From positions 6,092-70,091 of the forward strand of contig JABGRQ010000081.1 in the NCBI GenBank assembly GCA_018648225.1: a stretch of DNA of 64,000 bases, in the 5' to 3' direction. The position numbers were made by a program, and so were the translations under genes. The notes beneath the pieces were generated by a model that ran no database searches, was not told the DNA's origin, and was given only the letters and a program-made list of their open reading frames with translations. Source of the stretch: Chloroflexota bacterium. Lineage in GTDB: Bacteria; Chloroflexota; Anaerolineae; Anaerolineales; UBA11858. This document shows positions 9,023-17,411 of the stretch, one piece after another (the first letter of the stretch is position 1; every line of letters starts with the position of its first letter).

Positions 9023-9934
9023 ATGGAAAAACAACTCCTCAAAACTTACGGCAGCGGGTGCGCCCGTAATATCGCTTTCCAAATTTTCAGCGTGGTGCTG
9101 GTATTTGGCCTGTTCATCATCCCGGCGCTGATTGCAGCGTTGTGGGGCGGCGACCGAGATACCAACTTCACTTTTTTCATCGTAATTTTGATCGGGCTAA
9201 TGCTGGCAGGCATCGTCGGGGTTATCATCTGGGGCTTGCGCAGCATTCGTCAACGCGCCGCGTATCTCGATGAGGTCTTTGCCGCGTGGGGGCTGGAAGG
9301 CCAGCCTTATTTACAGAACGGACGGCGCTACCAGGGCAAATTACTCGGTCGACAGGCCGATATTTATTTCCACCGCGGCCCAACATTGGAGATCAATATC
9401 GCTGTGCCGTTGAATACGCGCGCTGCAATACTTTTCAAGAGCGAAATCGGCAAATTTGGCGCTAATCTATCGGGGTATGAAGAAGTAGACCTTAATGACC
9501 CCATTTTTCGCAATTTAAGTCTCTACGCGCTGGATGCAAATTGGATGCGCAATATTCTTCACGAGCGTGCTCCGCGCACAGCCATTCGTCAATTAATGCG
9601 GGTGACTGGAGCTTATGAACTACGCCAGATTTTGGTGCAACCTGAGGGTATCAAATTTATGCTGCGCCGCATTCAACTCGAAGCGATTAACCATAAACAT
9701 ATGGAAGCTTGGGTGAATGATCTGCGTGTGCTGCTTGAAGCCATCAAAACCGCACCCAGGCCGCAAGAGATCACCATGGTAATGACTCCACTGAAGTATG
9801 GCACCGCCGAACCCACTGATCGTAAATCGCTTGCCATTCTGGGGGCGGGGGTGGGTTGCAATGTATTATTGGCGCTGATGGCTTGTGGGGGATTGGTTGC
9901 ATTGATCGGCCTGCTAGTGTCACGATTGCAGTAG
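9023..9934 (+). CDS. Hypothetical membrane protein (2 N-terminal TM plus 1 C-terminal TM)
   Basis: ATG start and clear TM segments. No family recognised. Confidence 0.5.
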   Translation: MEKQLLKTYGSGCARNIAFQIFSVVLVFGLFIIPALIAALWGGDRDTNFTFFIVILIGLMLAGIVGVIIWGLRSIRQRAAYLDEVFAAWGLEGQPYLQNGRRYQGKLLGRQADIYFHRGPTLEINIAVPLNTRAAILFKSEIGKFGANLSGYEEVDLNDPIFRNLSLYALDANWMRNILHERAPRTAIRQLMRVTGAYELRQILVQPEGIKFMLRRIQLEAINHKHMEAWVNDLRVLLEAIKTAPRPQEITMVMTPLKYGTAEPTDRKSLAILGAGVGCNVLLALMACGGLVALIGLLVSRLQ

Positions 9935-9994
9935 TCTGAGTAAATTTCGATCCCGAATAGTACAAATATCATCAAGGGCACAGGTGGCACAAAT

Positions 9995-10050
9995 GTCATG
10001 CCGAGGCGTATAGCCGAGGCATCCAGCGCAGCGTAGGGCGCTTCGCTAGA
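9995..10050. repeat. Family B-like partial copy
   Basis: gtcatgccgaggcgtatagccgaggcatcc...cgcttcgctagac. One arm only. Confidence 0.4.
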
Positions 10051-10149
10051 CACTTGTACCTGCACTCTTCTTTTGATGAATTCACTTTTTTCTAAACATC
10101 GTTTATAATGGACTAACTTTATCCACATTCCCTTCAGGAGACCTTTTTT

Positions 10150-12144
10150 ATGCAAACACTCAATCCAAATAAGTGGCAGCGCATCATCGCGGTTGCATTG
10201 CTGTTTTTGCTGGCGTTGGTCGTTTCGGCATCGATCAGCGTACGCCCGGCATTGGCTCAAGACGATGATCCCTATGTCGAAATTATTAACGAAACCGATA
10301 CAACGCTATGCGCCTTTGGCGCCGTTCCCGCGGGCGAGAGTGAAGTCGCTGCGGAACACATCTTCGCCGAGGTGGAACTCGAACCGGGTGATGATTTTTG
10401 GGATTATTATGATCTCGTGGGCACGTTCACGCTGGTGGCTGCCGATTGTGAGGACTACACCATCGTGGAAGTGGCCGAGAACGTGGAATTAGGTCAGGTT
10501 GGCGTAATATGGTATGTGGGCGACAGCGTAGAGTATGACGGTGAAGTCGTGGCGCAGGATTCTGCCAGTAGTGGAGGATCAACCTCGAGCGAGTCCACCA
10601 CCCCCAGCGGAGATGCCGCCGATAGCGGCTTCCGTCCCGAAGATAACGGCTTCAGCTTCGAAAACTATGGCAACGATTCCGTCTCCGCCAATCTCACCGC
10701 GGCTGAACTGCAGCGCATGTTTGGCGATATGGTCTGCGCCAGTTTATCCGGAGGAGAGTGCATACTCACGCCGCCTGCGCAACGCTGGATGACCGAGATC
10801 AATAATTATATGGACGGCGGGCACTGTGAAGGCATGGCTGTGCTAAGTATGTTGATGTACGACCAAATTATTGAGGCCGCACAATTCGGCGGCGATACCG
10901 CTCACGATCTTTCACTGGCCGACGAAGCTTTGCAGCGCGAAATTGCCTATTGGTGGACAACACAGGCCACATTGCCCGCATCCTCGATCAAGCTGGACGA
11001 ATCGCCCAGTGCTATTCTGGACGTGCTGATTCAGACTTTTAACGAAGGCGCAAACGCGGCTGAAAAATGGGTCATGGGCATTTATATGGCCGATTTCAGC
11101 GGCGGGCACGCGATTACACCTTACGCCGTAGAAGATCAGGGCGGCGGCATTTTCCATGTTTTGGTTTACGACAACAACTGGCCCGATATGGGACGTGTGC
11201 TGGTGATTGATAAAAACGGCAATTCCTGGTCGTATCAGGCATCCACTAACCCCAACGAACCGGAATCGCTCTATGAAGGCGATGCCAGCACGGGCACGCT
11301 GGAAATTGTGGGCATTACCAGTCGCCTTGAGCAGCAATATTGTGAATTTTGCGCTGGCGACGGAAACGCCAGTTTGGGGCGCGGGCGCGGGCTGGCTGCT
11401 CCGGCACAAGAGTTCAATCAGATTTGGCTCAACGGCCAGGCCGACCTGCTGATCACCACCGCCGAAGGCAAACGCATTGGCTTCGTGGATGGTGAGTTCG
11501 TCAACGAGATCGAAGGCGCCCGCGGCGACAATATGAAATTCGGCGTGGATATTTGGGACATCAACAACGAGCCGGTTTACTTCATCCCGCTGGGGATTGA
11601 GTTCACCATCACGGTGGATGCCAGCCGCGCCGCAGAGGGCATCACCTCCGATGTGACCATGATCGGCCCCGGCTATAACCTGGTTGTGGCCGACCTTTAT
11701 CTGGACCCCGGAGCGAAAGATGTGATTACAATCTCCCCGGATGGCAAACGCCTGGCGTACAGCACCGAATATAACGACGCCCCAGATATGATCTTCGGCA
11801 TCGAAACCCCCGCCGCCGATTACGAATTCATCGTGGCGGCTCTGGATATCGAATCGGGCGCTGAGTTCATCGTCGAACTGGATATTGAAAACGGCACGTT
11901 GAGCATCAATACCGACAACACCACGGAATACGGCACTTACGAAATTGTGATGTACCGTATCGACGATGATGGAGAAGCCTGGTTCAATAATAATGATATT
12001 TATATGGAACCGGGCGACACCGCCTTTCTCAAATTCCTGGAATGGGAAGGCCCCGGCACCAGTATGTTCATCGACATCGACTACGGCTCCGATGGTTCCA
12101 TCGATGAGACAATTGAACTTGTAGATGAGTACGTAGCGGAATAA
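10150..12144 (+). CDS. Secreted acidic hypothetical protein; possible Cys-nucleophile hydrolase
   Basis: AGGAG SD. Signal peptide ending ALAQDD. GGHCEGMA (G-x-C-x-G) and GGHAITPYAV motifs. The function is speculative. Confidence 0.6.
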   Translation: MQTLNPNKWQRIIAVALLFLLALVVSASISVRPALAQDDDPYVEIINETDTTLCAFGAVPAGESEVAAEHIFAEVELEPGDDFWDYYDLVGTFTLVAADCEDYTIVEVAENVELGQVGVIWYVGDSVEYDGEVVAQDSASSGGSTSSESTTPSGDAADSGFRPEDNGFSFENYGNDSVSANLTAAELQRMFGDMVCASLSGGECILTPPAQRWMTEINNYMDGGHCEGMAVLSMLMYDQIIEAAQFGGDTAHDLSLADEALQREIAYWWTTQATLPASSIKLDESPSAILDVLIQTFNEGANAAEKWVMGIYMADFSGGHAITPYAVEDQGGGIFHVLVYDNNWPDMGRVLVIDKNGNSWSYQASTNPNEPESLYEGDASTGTLEIVGITSRLEQQYCEFCAGDGNASLGRGRGLAAPAQEFNQIWLNGQADLLITTAEGKRIGFVDGEFVNEIEGARGDNMKFGVDIWDINNEPVYFIPLGIEFTITVDASRAAEGITSDVTMIGPGYNLVVADLYLDPGAKDVITISPDGKRLAYSTEYNDAPDMIFGIETPAADYEFIVAALDIESGAEFIVELDIENGTLSINTDNTTEYGTYEIVMYRIDDDGEAWFNNNDIYMEPGDTAFLKFLEWEGPGTSMFIDIDYGSDGSIDETIELVDEYVAE

Positions 12145-12171
12145 AAAAGATTTCGCAGAAGATGACTGCAA

Positions 12172-12207
12172 ACAGCCCCCAACCTAAAATTGGGGGCTGT
12201 TTTGTTT
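12172..12207 (+). terminator. Intrinsic terminator after the 664-aa secreted protein gene
   Basis: The acagccccca/tgggggctgt stem is followed by TTTTGTTT. Confidence 0.75.
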
Positions 12208-12316
12208 CTAAACCAAATCACAAAACCATCTAAACAAGTTCTAAACATCTCTTTGATAAGCTATTGTTACTTACACAAGTGACAGGCATTTTTTCACCTA
12301 CTATCTGGAGATTGCC

Positions 12317-14536
12317 ATGACAACAACCCCCCAATCCAATACTCGCATTCGCCAGCTCAAAACCCCGCTGGCCGTTCTCGGGCTTAGCGCCATCATTGTT
12401 TTGGGCGCGTTTTTGCGCTTCTACCAATTGGGTGCGTACAGCATTGGCAATACGTATTACGCCGCCACGGTCAAATCGATGCTCACATCGTGGCACAATT
12501 TCTTCTACGCGGCTTTCGAACCGGGCGGATCGGTGACGGTGGACAAACCCCCGCTGGGCTTCTGGGTGCAGGCGGTTTCGGCCTATTTCTTTGGCGTAAA
12601 TGGCTTCGCCCTGGCGCTGCCACAGGCATTGGCTGGTGTGTTCTCCATCGGCGTGCTTTACCATCTGGTGCGTAAATACTTCGGCGTGTGGGCCGGGCTG
12701 ATCGCGGCGCTGGTTTTGGCGGTCACACCCATCACGATTGCCACTGAGCGCAACAACACCATCGACGGTCTGCTGGTCTTTGTGTTGCTGCTGGCAGCCT
12801 GGGTATTTCTCAAGGCCGCAGAAAATGGCAAAACACGCTATCTGCTTTTCGGCGCGCTGCTGATCGGTTTGGGCTTTAACATCAAAATGCTGCAAGCCTA
12901 TATGGTGCTGCCCGCCTTCTACGCGCTCTACTTCTTCAGTGCCCGCAAGCCCTGGTGGGGACGTATCTTGCAGCTTGGCGCGGCCACAATGCTCCTGCTG
13001 GTGGTCTCTTTTGCCTGGGTCGCCGCCGTAGATTTAACAAACCCTGAAAACCGTCCCTTCATCGGCTCCAGCGACAACAACACCGTGCTGGAATTGATTA
13101 TCGGTCATAATGGTCTCAGCCGTTTGGGATTGAATAACCGCGGCCGCGGTGGAGATGGCCCGCGTGTGGCCGATGGTCCTGCTCCCGGGGCAGGGCAAGC
13201 GAACCCGGCTCCAGGTGGGGGCGTGCCCTCCGATGGTAATCCAGCCCCCGGCGCGAATCCAGCGAACGACCGCCAGCCGCCTCCCGAAGCCCTGGCAGCC
13301 TGTGCGGGACTCAGCGTTAGCGATGCCTGCACTGTCGAGTTACGCAACGGCAATACTATCGACGGCGCCTGTTCCGCATTCCCGCAGGGCGATCTGGTCT
13401 GCGGGCCCGAAGGCCGCACCCAGCCGCCCGCCAACCAAAATCCTAACGCTCCCAACGCCCAGCCTTCAACCCCCAACCGTCAACCCGGTGGCGGCATGAA
13501 CAGCAGCGAAACCGGCGCGGCGGGCGTGCTGCGCCTGTTCCTGGAGCCGCTCGTCACCGAGGCAAGCTGGCTGCTGGCGCTGGTGATGCTCGGCCTGCCG
13601 GTGGTATTGGTCATTTTGGGCTGGGCGTGGCCGCTGAGCGGCAAACATTTCAGCATTGTGCTGTGGGCGGGCTGGCTACTCCCGGCGATGGCCTATTTTG
13701 GTTTCACTACGGGACTGTTCCATCGCTATTATCTGATCATGCTGGGGCCGCCGCTGGCCGCGCTGGTGGGGATCACCTTCTGGGGTTTGGCAAAATATTG
13801 GGAACAGAATCACGCCCCGGCCTGGATCGTGACCGCCCTGCTCACCGGGATGACGATCCTTTTCGAGATTTTCACCATGCGGACGTATCCAGAATATGCC
13901 GCGGGCGTCGCCATCGCCACCATCCTGCTCTGGCTGGCCGGGATGGGTATGCTCATTTTGAAACCGCTGGCGAGAATCCGCAAAGTGGGTTTGGGCCTGG
14001 TCTTGGCGGCGTTGCTTGTCGCTCCGCTAACATGGTCGGCGTTGACGGTGTGGAATACGAGCCCCAATGTAGCCCTGCCCACAGCGGGCGTGGCCAATGC
14101 CGATCATACGCGGGCTTCGCAGATGACACCCAACGAAGAACTGCTCAACGAATACGGGCAGGCAGTGTTGGCCTACACGCTGGCAAACACCGATCCCGAT
14201 AGTTACCTGCTGGCGACCAACAACGCCCGCGGCGCGGCACCGTTCATTTTGGAAACCGGCCGCCCGGTGTTGACCTTTGGCGGCTTCAGCGGCGGGGATA
14301 ACGTGGTGGATTTGGGTGGACTGCAAGCCATGCTCGAAAACGGTGAATTGCGCTTCATTCTGGGCACGCCGCAGGGCAAGCAAGAAATTTCTCAGTGGAT
14401 GGTGAAGAATTGCTCAGTGGTGGAACTTCCGGGCATCGATGCTTCGCAGGGTCAGCCTGCCCAAGCGACTGGGCCTGGAGCTCCCGCTGGTCGACAGGAT
14501 GCTCAGAGCGAGGTGTTGTATGACTGCGGAAACTAA
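12317..14536 (+). CDS. Glycosyltransferase family 39 (ArnT/PMT-like) polytopic membrane protein
   Basis: GNTYYAATVKSM...VDKPPLGFW N-terminal signature. Many TM segments. Internal Gly/Pro-rich loop. Confidence 0.8.
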   Translation: MTTTPQSNTRIRQLKTPLAVLGLSAIIVLGAFLRFYQLGAYSIGNTYYAATVKSMLTSWHNFFYAAFEPGGSVTVDKPPLGFWVQAVSAYFFGVNGFALALPQALAGVFSIGVLYHLVRKYFGVWAGLIAALVLAVTPITIATERNNTIDGLLVFVLLLAAWVFLKAAENGKTRYLLFGALLIGLGFNIKMLQAYMVLPAFYALYFFSARKPWWGRILQLGAATMLLLVVSFAWVAAVDLTNPENRPFIGSSDNNTVLELIIGHNGLSRLGLNNRGRGGDGPRVADGPAPGAGQANPAPGGGVPSDGNPAPGANPANDRQPPPEALAACAGLSVSDACTVELRNGNTIDGACSAFPQGDLVCGPEGRTQPPANQNPNAPNAQPSTPNRQPGGGMNSSETGAAGVLRLFLEPLVTEASWLLALVMLGLPVVLVILGWAWPLSGKHFSIVLWAGWLLPAMAYFGFTTGLFHRYYLIMLGPPLAALVGITFWGLAKYWEQNHAPAWIVTALLTGMTILFEIFTMRTYPEYAAGVAIATILLWLAGMGMLILKPLARIRKVGLGLVLAALLVAPLTWSALTVWNTSPNVALPTAGVANADHTRASQMTPNEELLNEYGQAVLAYTLANTDPDSYLLATNNARGAAPFILETGRPVLTFGGFSGGDNVVDLGGLQAMLENGELRFILGTPQGKQEISQWMVKNCSVVELPGIDASQGQPAQATGPGAPAGRQDAQSEVLYDCGN

Positions 14537-14537
14537 A

Positions 14538-15020
14538 ATGATCTTGCCCTCACCCCGTCTACCGCTACGCTCTAGACTCCCCTCTCCCGATTTCGGGAGA
14601 GGGGCCGGGGGCGAGGGCAAAATTCAAAAAACGCTTACCCAAGCCTTCCGATACGCACTCGTCGGCGTTTCGAACACGCTGATTGATGCAGCAACCTACT
14701 ACACCCTGACGCGCGCGCTTGGGTTGGCGACACTGCCGGTGCTGGCAAAAGGTTTGGCCTACGCCATTGGCATGACTAACAGCTTTTACTGGAACCGTAC
14801 CTGGACATTTCGTGCTAAGGATACAATATATCGTGTCCCAATCTGGCGAGCGGCTTTCCTCTTCACACTAACACATATCGTCGCACTGGGCATCAACGCC
14901 GGGGTGATGGCCCTCAGCCTGAACTTGTTGCACGTTCCGGAAATTGTCGCTCTGATTCTGGCAACTGCGGCCGCCTTCGGCTGGAATTTCTTCCTGAACA
15001 AGTGGGTTGTTTTTAAATAA
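14538..15020 (+). CDS. GtrA-family membrane protein; N-terminus encoded by a palindromic repeat
   Basis: FRYALVGVSNTLIDAATYY and GWNFFLNKWVVF GtrA motifs. The nearest canonical start is ATG 14538, 2 nt after the GT39 stop. The start is uncertain. Confidence 0.7.
   Translation: MILPSPRLPLRSRLPSPDFGRGAGGEGKIQKTLTQAFRYALVGVSNTLIDAATYYTLTRALGLATLPVLAKGLAYAIGMTNSFYWNRTWTFRAKDTIYRVPIWRAAFLFTLTHIVALGINAGVMALSLNLLHVPEIVALILATAAAFGWNFFLNKWVVFK
14546..14618. repeat. Family A palindromic repeat at the gtrA 5' end
   Basis: gccctcacccc...cccctctcccgatttcgggagagggg...ggggcgagggc. Confidence 0.8.
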
Positions 15021-15069
15021 AGTCGGGATTGATTCGTTTTGATAGATAAATTTGTTGACATTTCCTAGA

Positions 15070-15179
15070 GTCATTTCGAGCCAATGGCGAAAAATCCCTG
15101 AGATTTCACTCAAAATTGAGCAAACGCTGACAACTATTCACGTTTCGTCACAGGGATTCCTCCCTACGGTCGGAATGAC
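15070..15179. repeat. Family B palindromic repeat (GTCATTyCGAG...CGGAATGAC type)
   Basis: gtcatttcgagcc...aaaatccctg / cagggattcc...cggaatgac inverted arms. Confidence 0.75.
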
Positions 15180-15268
15180 ATATTTCTGTCGTTGGCGGTT
15201 TTAGAAAGCCCTAAACCGGTACTTATTCCCCCTTATCCCCAATCCGCTAGTCTTGTATAATTCGGGGG

Positions 15269-16048
15269 ATGAAAACTCGCATTCTATTCAGTTTATCTTT
15301 GATTATGCTTCTGGTTGGGGTAACACTCCCGGCAATGGCGGCGGCTCCACGACAAACAACCCCCATTTTGTCGCCAACGCCCGGCCCAGACGGGCGGATT
15401 ATTTATACTGTACAAGCAGGCGATTCCGTGTGGAGTATTTCAGCCAATTTCAATATTCCGCTTGATGAGCTACGCGCGCTCAATGGTCTGGCAGATGATG
15501 CCGTCATCGCCCCCGGGGATGAGATTTTCCTGGGGCTTGGCGGCCCTGCCACGGCGGTCCCTGCCGCACAAGCCACGCCCACACCCATGCCCGCCGGGCC
15601 AACGCCTACGGTCGAAATTGGTTTTGGTATTCTATGCGTGATCTTGTATGACGATATCAACGGGGACGCGATCCGCCAGGAAGAGGAAATATCCATCCCA
15701 GGCGGAGCTATCAGCATCGGCAACGCCACCGGTACAGTTTCGATCACCGAAGATACGCTCAGCGGTTTGGATCATTTCTGCACAACCGAAATAGAAGAAG
15801 GCGAATATACGATTACTGTCGGTGTCCCCGATGGCTATAACCCCACCACTGAATTCAGCGCGGCTATCACCCTCAACCCCGGAGATGAAAGCTATCTTGA
15901 TTTTGGCGCGCAAAAGAACTCGGTCAAGGTTGCCGAAGAGCCAGCTCCAATCGGCGAAGGGCCATCCCCCACGTTAGGAATTATTGGCGCGGCTGTAATT
16001 TTGCTGGGAATCATCCTGGGCGTGTATGCTATTTTCATGCGGCGATAA
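15269..16048 (+). CDS. LysM-domain surface protein with SdrD-B/Cna-B-like domain and C-terminal TM anchor
   Basis: Signal peptide. LysM motif YTVQAGDSVWSISANFNIPLDELRALNGL. DINGDAIRQ-type repeat. Hydrophobic C-terminus. Confidence 0.75.
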   Translation: MKTRILFSLSLIMLLVGVTLPAMAAAPRQTTPILSPTPGPDGRIIYTVQAGDSVWSISANFNIPLDELRALNGLADDAVIAPGDEIFLGLGGPATAVPAAQATPTPMPAGPTPTVEIGFGILCVILYDDINGDAIRQEEEISIPGGAISIGNATGTVSITEDTLSGLDHFCTTEIEEGEYTITVGVPDGYNPTTEFSAAITLNPGDESYLDFGAQKNSVKVAEEPAPIGEGPSPTLGIIGAAVILLGIILGVYAIFMRR

Positions 16049-16057
16049 AAGTACGCA

Positions 16058-16103
16058 TAAAAAAGAGCGCAATGCTGGAAAACAGCATTGCGCTCTTTTT
16101 TTT
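16058..16103. terminator. Bidirectional intrinsic terminator (LysM gene / galE)
   Basis: Perfect 14-bp stem agagcgcaatgctg/cagcattgcgctct flanked by A6 and T8. The T-run overlaps the galE stop. Confidence 0.85.
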
Positions 16104-17079
16104 ATGCTATATACCCATGCGGATGCGTCTGGTGCCATTCCCAGGCGCTGGCGATAATATCCTTTAGGGCGGGGGTTTGAGGCTGCCAGCCCAGTTCGCG
16201 CTGTATCCGCTCGGAGGCGGCTACCAGCCGCGGGGCGTCGCCCGCCCGCCGCGGGGTTTCTTCCACCGGGATTGGATGCCCGGTGACTTCGCGGGCGGTT
16301 TCGATCACTTCCCGCACAGAATATCCCGCGCCATTGCCCAGGTTATAGACCATCTGCTCGCGTTCGCCCAATGCGTCTAATGCCAACAGGTGCGCAGAAA
16401 CCAGATCGCGGATATGAATATAGTCGCGGATGCAGGTGCCATCGGGGGTCGGATAATCTGTGCCATAGATATAGATTTTCGCGCGTTGCCCGAGGGGGAC
16501 TTGCAACGTCAGCGGGATGAGGTGCGATTCGGGCTGGTGCGCTTCCCCGCGGTGGGCAAAGCCTCCGGCGGCATTGAAATAACGCAAGGCCGCGTAATGC
16601 AGCCCGTGGATTTGCCGGTACCATTCCAGGGCTTGTTCGATCATCAATTTCGTATGCCCATAGAGATTGTTCGGCCCCAAAGGTGAATTTTCGCTAAGCG
16701 GCTCATCACTGGACTGATATACCGCTGCTGTAGACGAAAGTACAAAGCGCCTCACACCTGCCTGTACCGCGGCTTCAATCAACTCCAATGAGTAGGTTAA
16801 ATTATTCTTGAAATATTTGCCGGGGTTTTTCATGCTCTCGCCAGCCTCAATGAAAGCCGCAAAGTGCATCACAGCATCATAAGGCTGGGCGCTCAGGGCA
16901 GTTTTCAGCGCAGCCGCATCGCCCAGATCGGCCTGAATGAAGTGCGCCGCTGCCGGAATTGCAGCGCGATGACCAGTTACCAACGAATCATAAACCGTTA
17001 CAGAATGTCCATTCGCAAGCAAAGTTTCGGCAGTCGCCGAGCCAATATAGCCCGCCCCGCCAGTTAGAAAAATACGCAT
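16102..17079 (-). CDS. galE: UDP-glucose 4-epimerase
   Basis: MRIFLTGGAGYIGS Rossmann motif and YGHTK (YxxxK). 325 aa. Confidence 0.9.
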   Translation of the reverse strand: MRIFLTGGAGYIGSATAETLLANGHSVTVYDSLVTGHRAAIPAAAHFIQADLGDAAALKTALSAQPYDAVMHFAAFIEAGESMKNPGKYFKNNLTYSLELIEAAVQAGVRRFVLSSTAAVYQSSDEPLSENSPLGPNNLYGHTKLMIEQALEWYRQIHGLHYAALRYFNAAGGFAHRGEAHQPESHLIPLTLQVPLGQRAKIYIYGTDYPTPDGTCIRDYIHIRDLVSAHLLALDALGEREQMVYNLGNGAGYSVREVIETAREVTGHPIPVEETPRRAGDAPRLVAASERIQRELGWQPQTPALKDIIASAWEWHQTHPHGYIA

Positions 17080-17139
17080 ATAGAGCCTCTATTCATTACT
17101 TTTATACTCAACAACCATAGCATTAACATCAATAAAAAC

Positions 17140-17215
17140 TAACGCAAGGTCGCAAAGAAGCCAAAGCGCAGAGAATAAAATCTAAACTCTGCGACTTTGC
17201 GTTTACGTGTTTAAG
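17140..17215. repeat. Family C palindromic repeat
   Basis: taacgcaaggtcgcaaagaagccaaagcgcagag...ctctgcgactttgcgttta. Confidence 0.7.
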
Positions 17216-17303
17216 CTTCTATTGATAAATACGCTATCCATCACTTTCTTACTTTGCTCGCCTATTATACAACGCGGCAGAACGCTCTCAACAAATTTGT
17301 TAG

Positions 17304-17331
17304 TTGACTTCACTACTTGAACCCTTATACT
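17304..17331 (+). promoter_or_regulatory. Sigma-70-type promoter upstream of the Flp-like gene
   Basis: TTGACT (17304-17309), 16-nt spacer, TATACT (17326-17331). Confidence 0.45.
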
Positions 17332-17411
17332 TGAATAACAAGACTTTTCAATTCATTAACAATTCCGATACAATCGTTATCATTCACGCACATCATTCCT
17401 GGGAACTAGCT

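Noticed and set aside
10912-12171. Long antisense ORFs opposite well-supported genes: 10912-12171(-), 61166-62506(+), 59996-60961(+), 38305-39060(-), 7764-8498(-), 25204-25986(+), 57401-58054(-), 12230-12895(-), 40453-41298(+)
   Set aside because: Each lies antisense to a gene with clear family motifs, and its translation is Arg/Gly/His-rich with no recognisable domains. Such open antisense frames are expected in GC-rich coding DNA.
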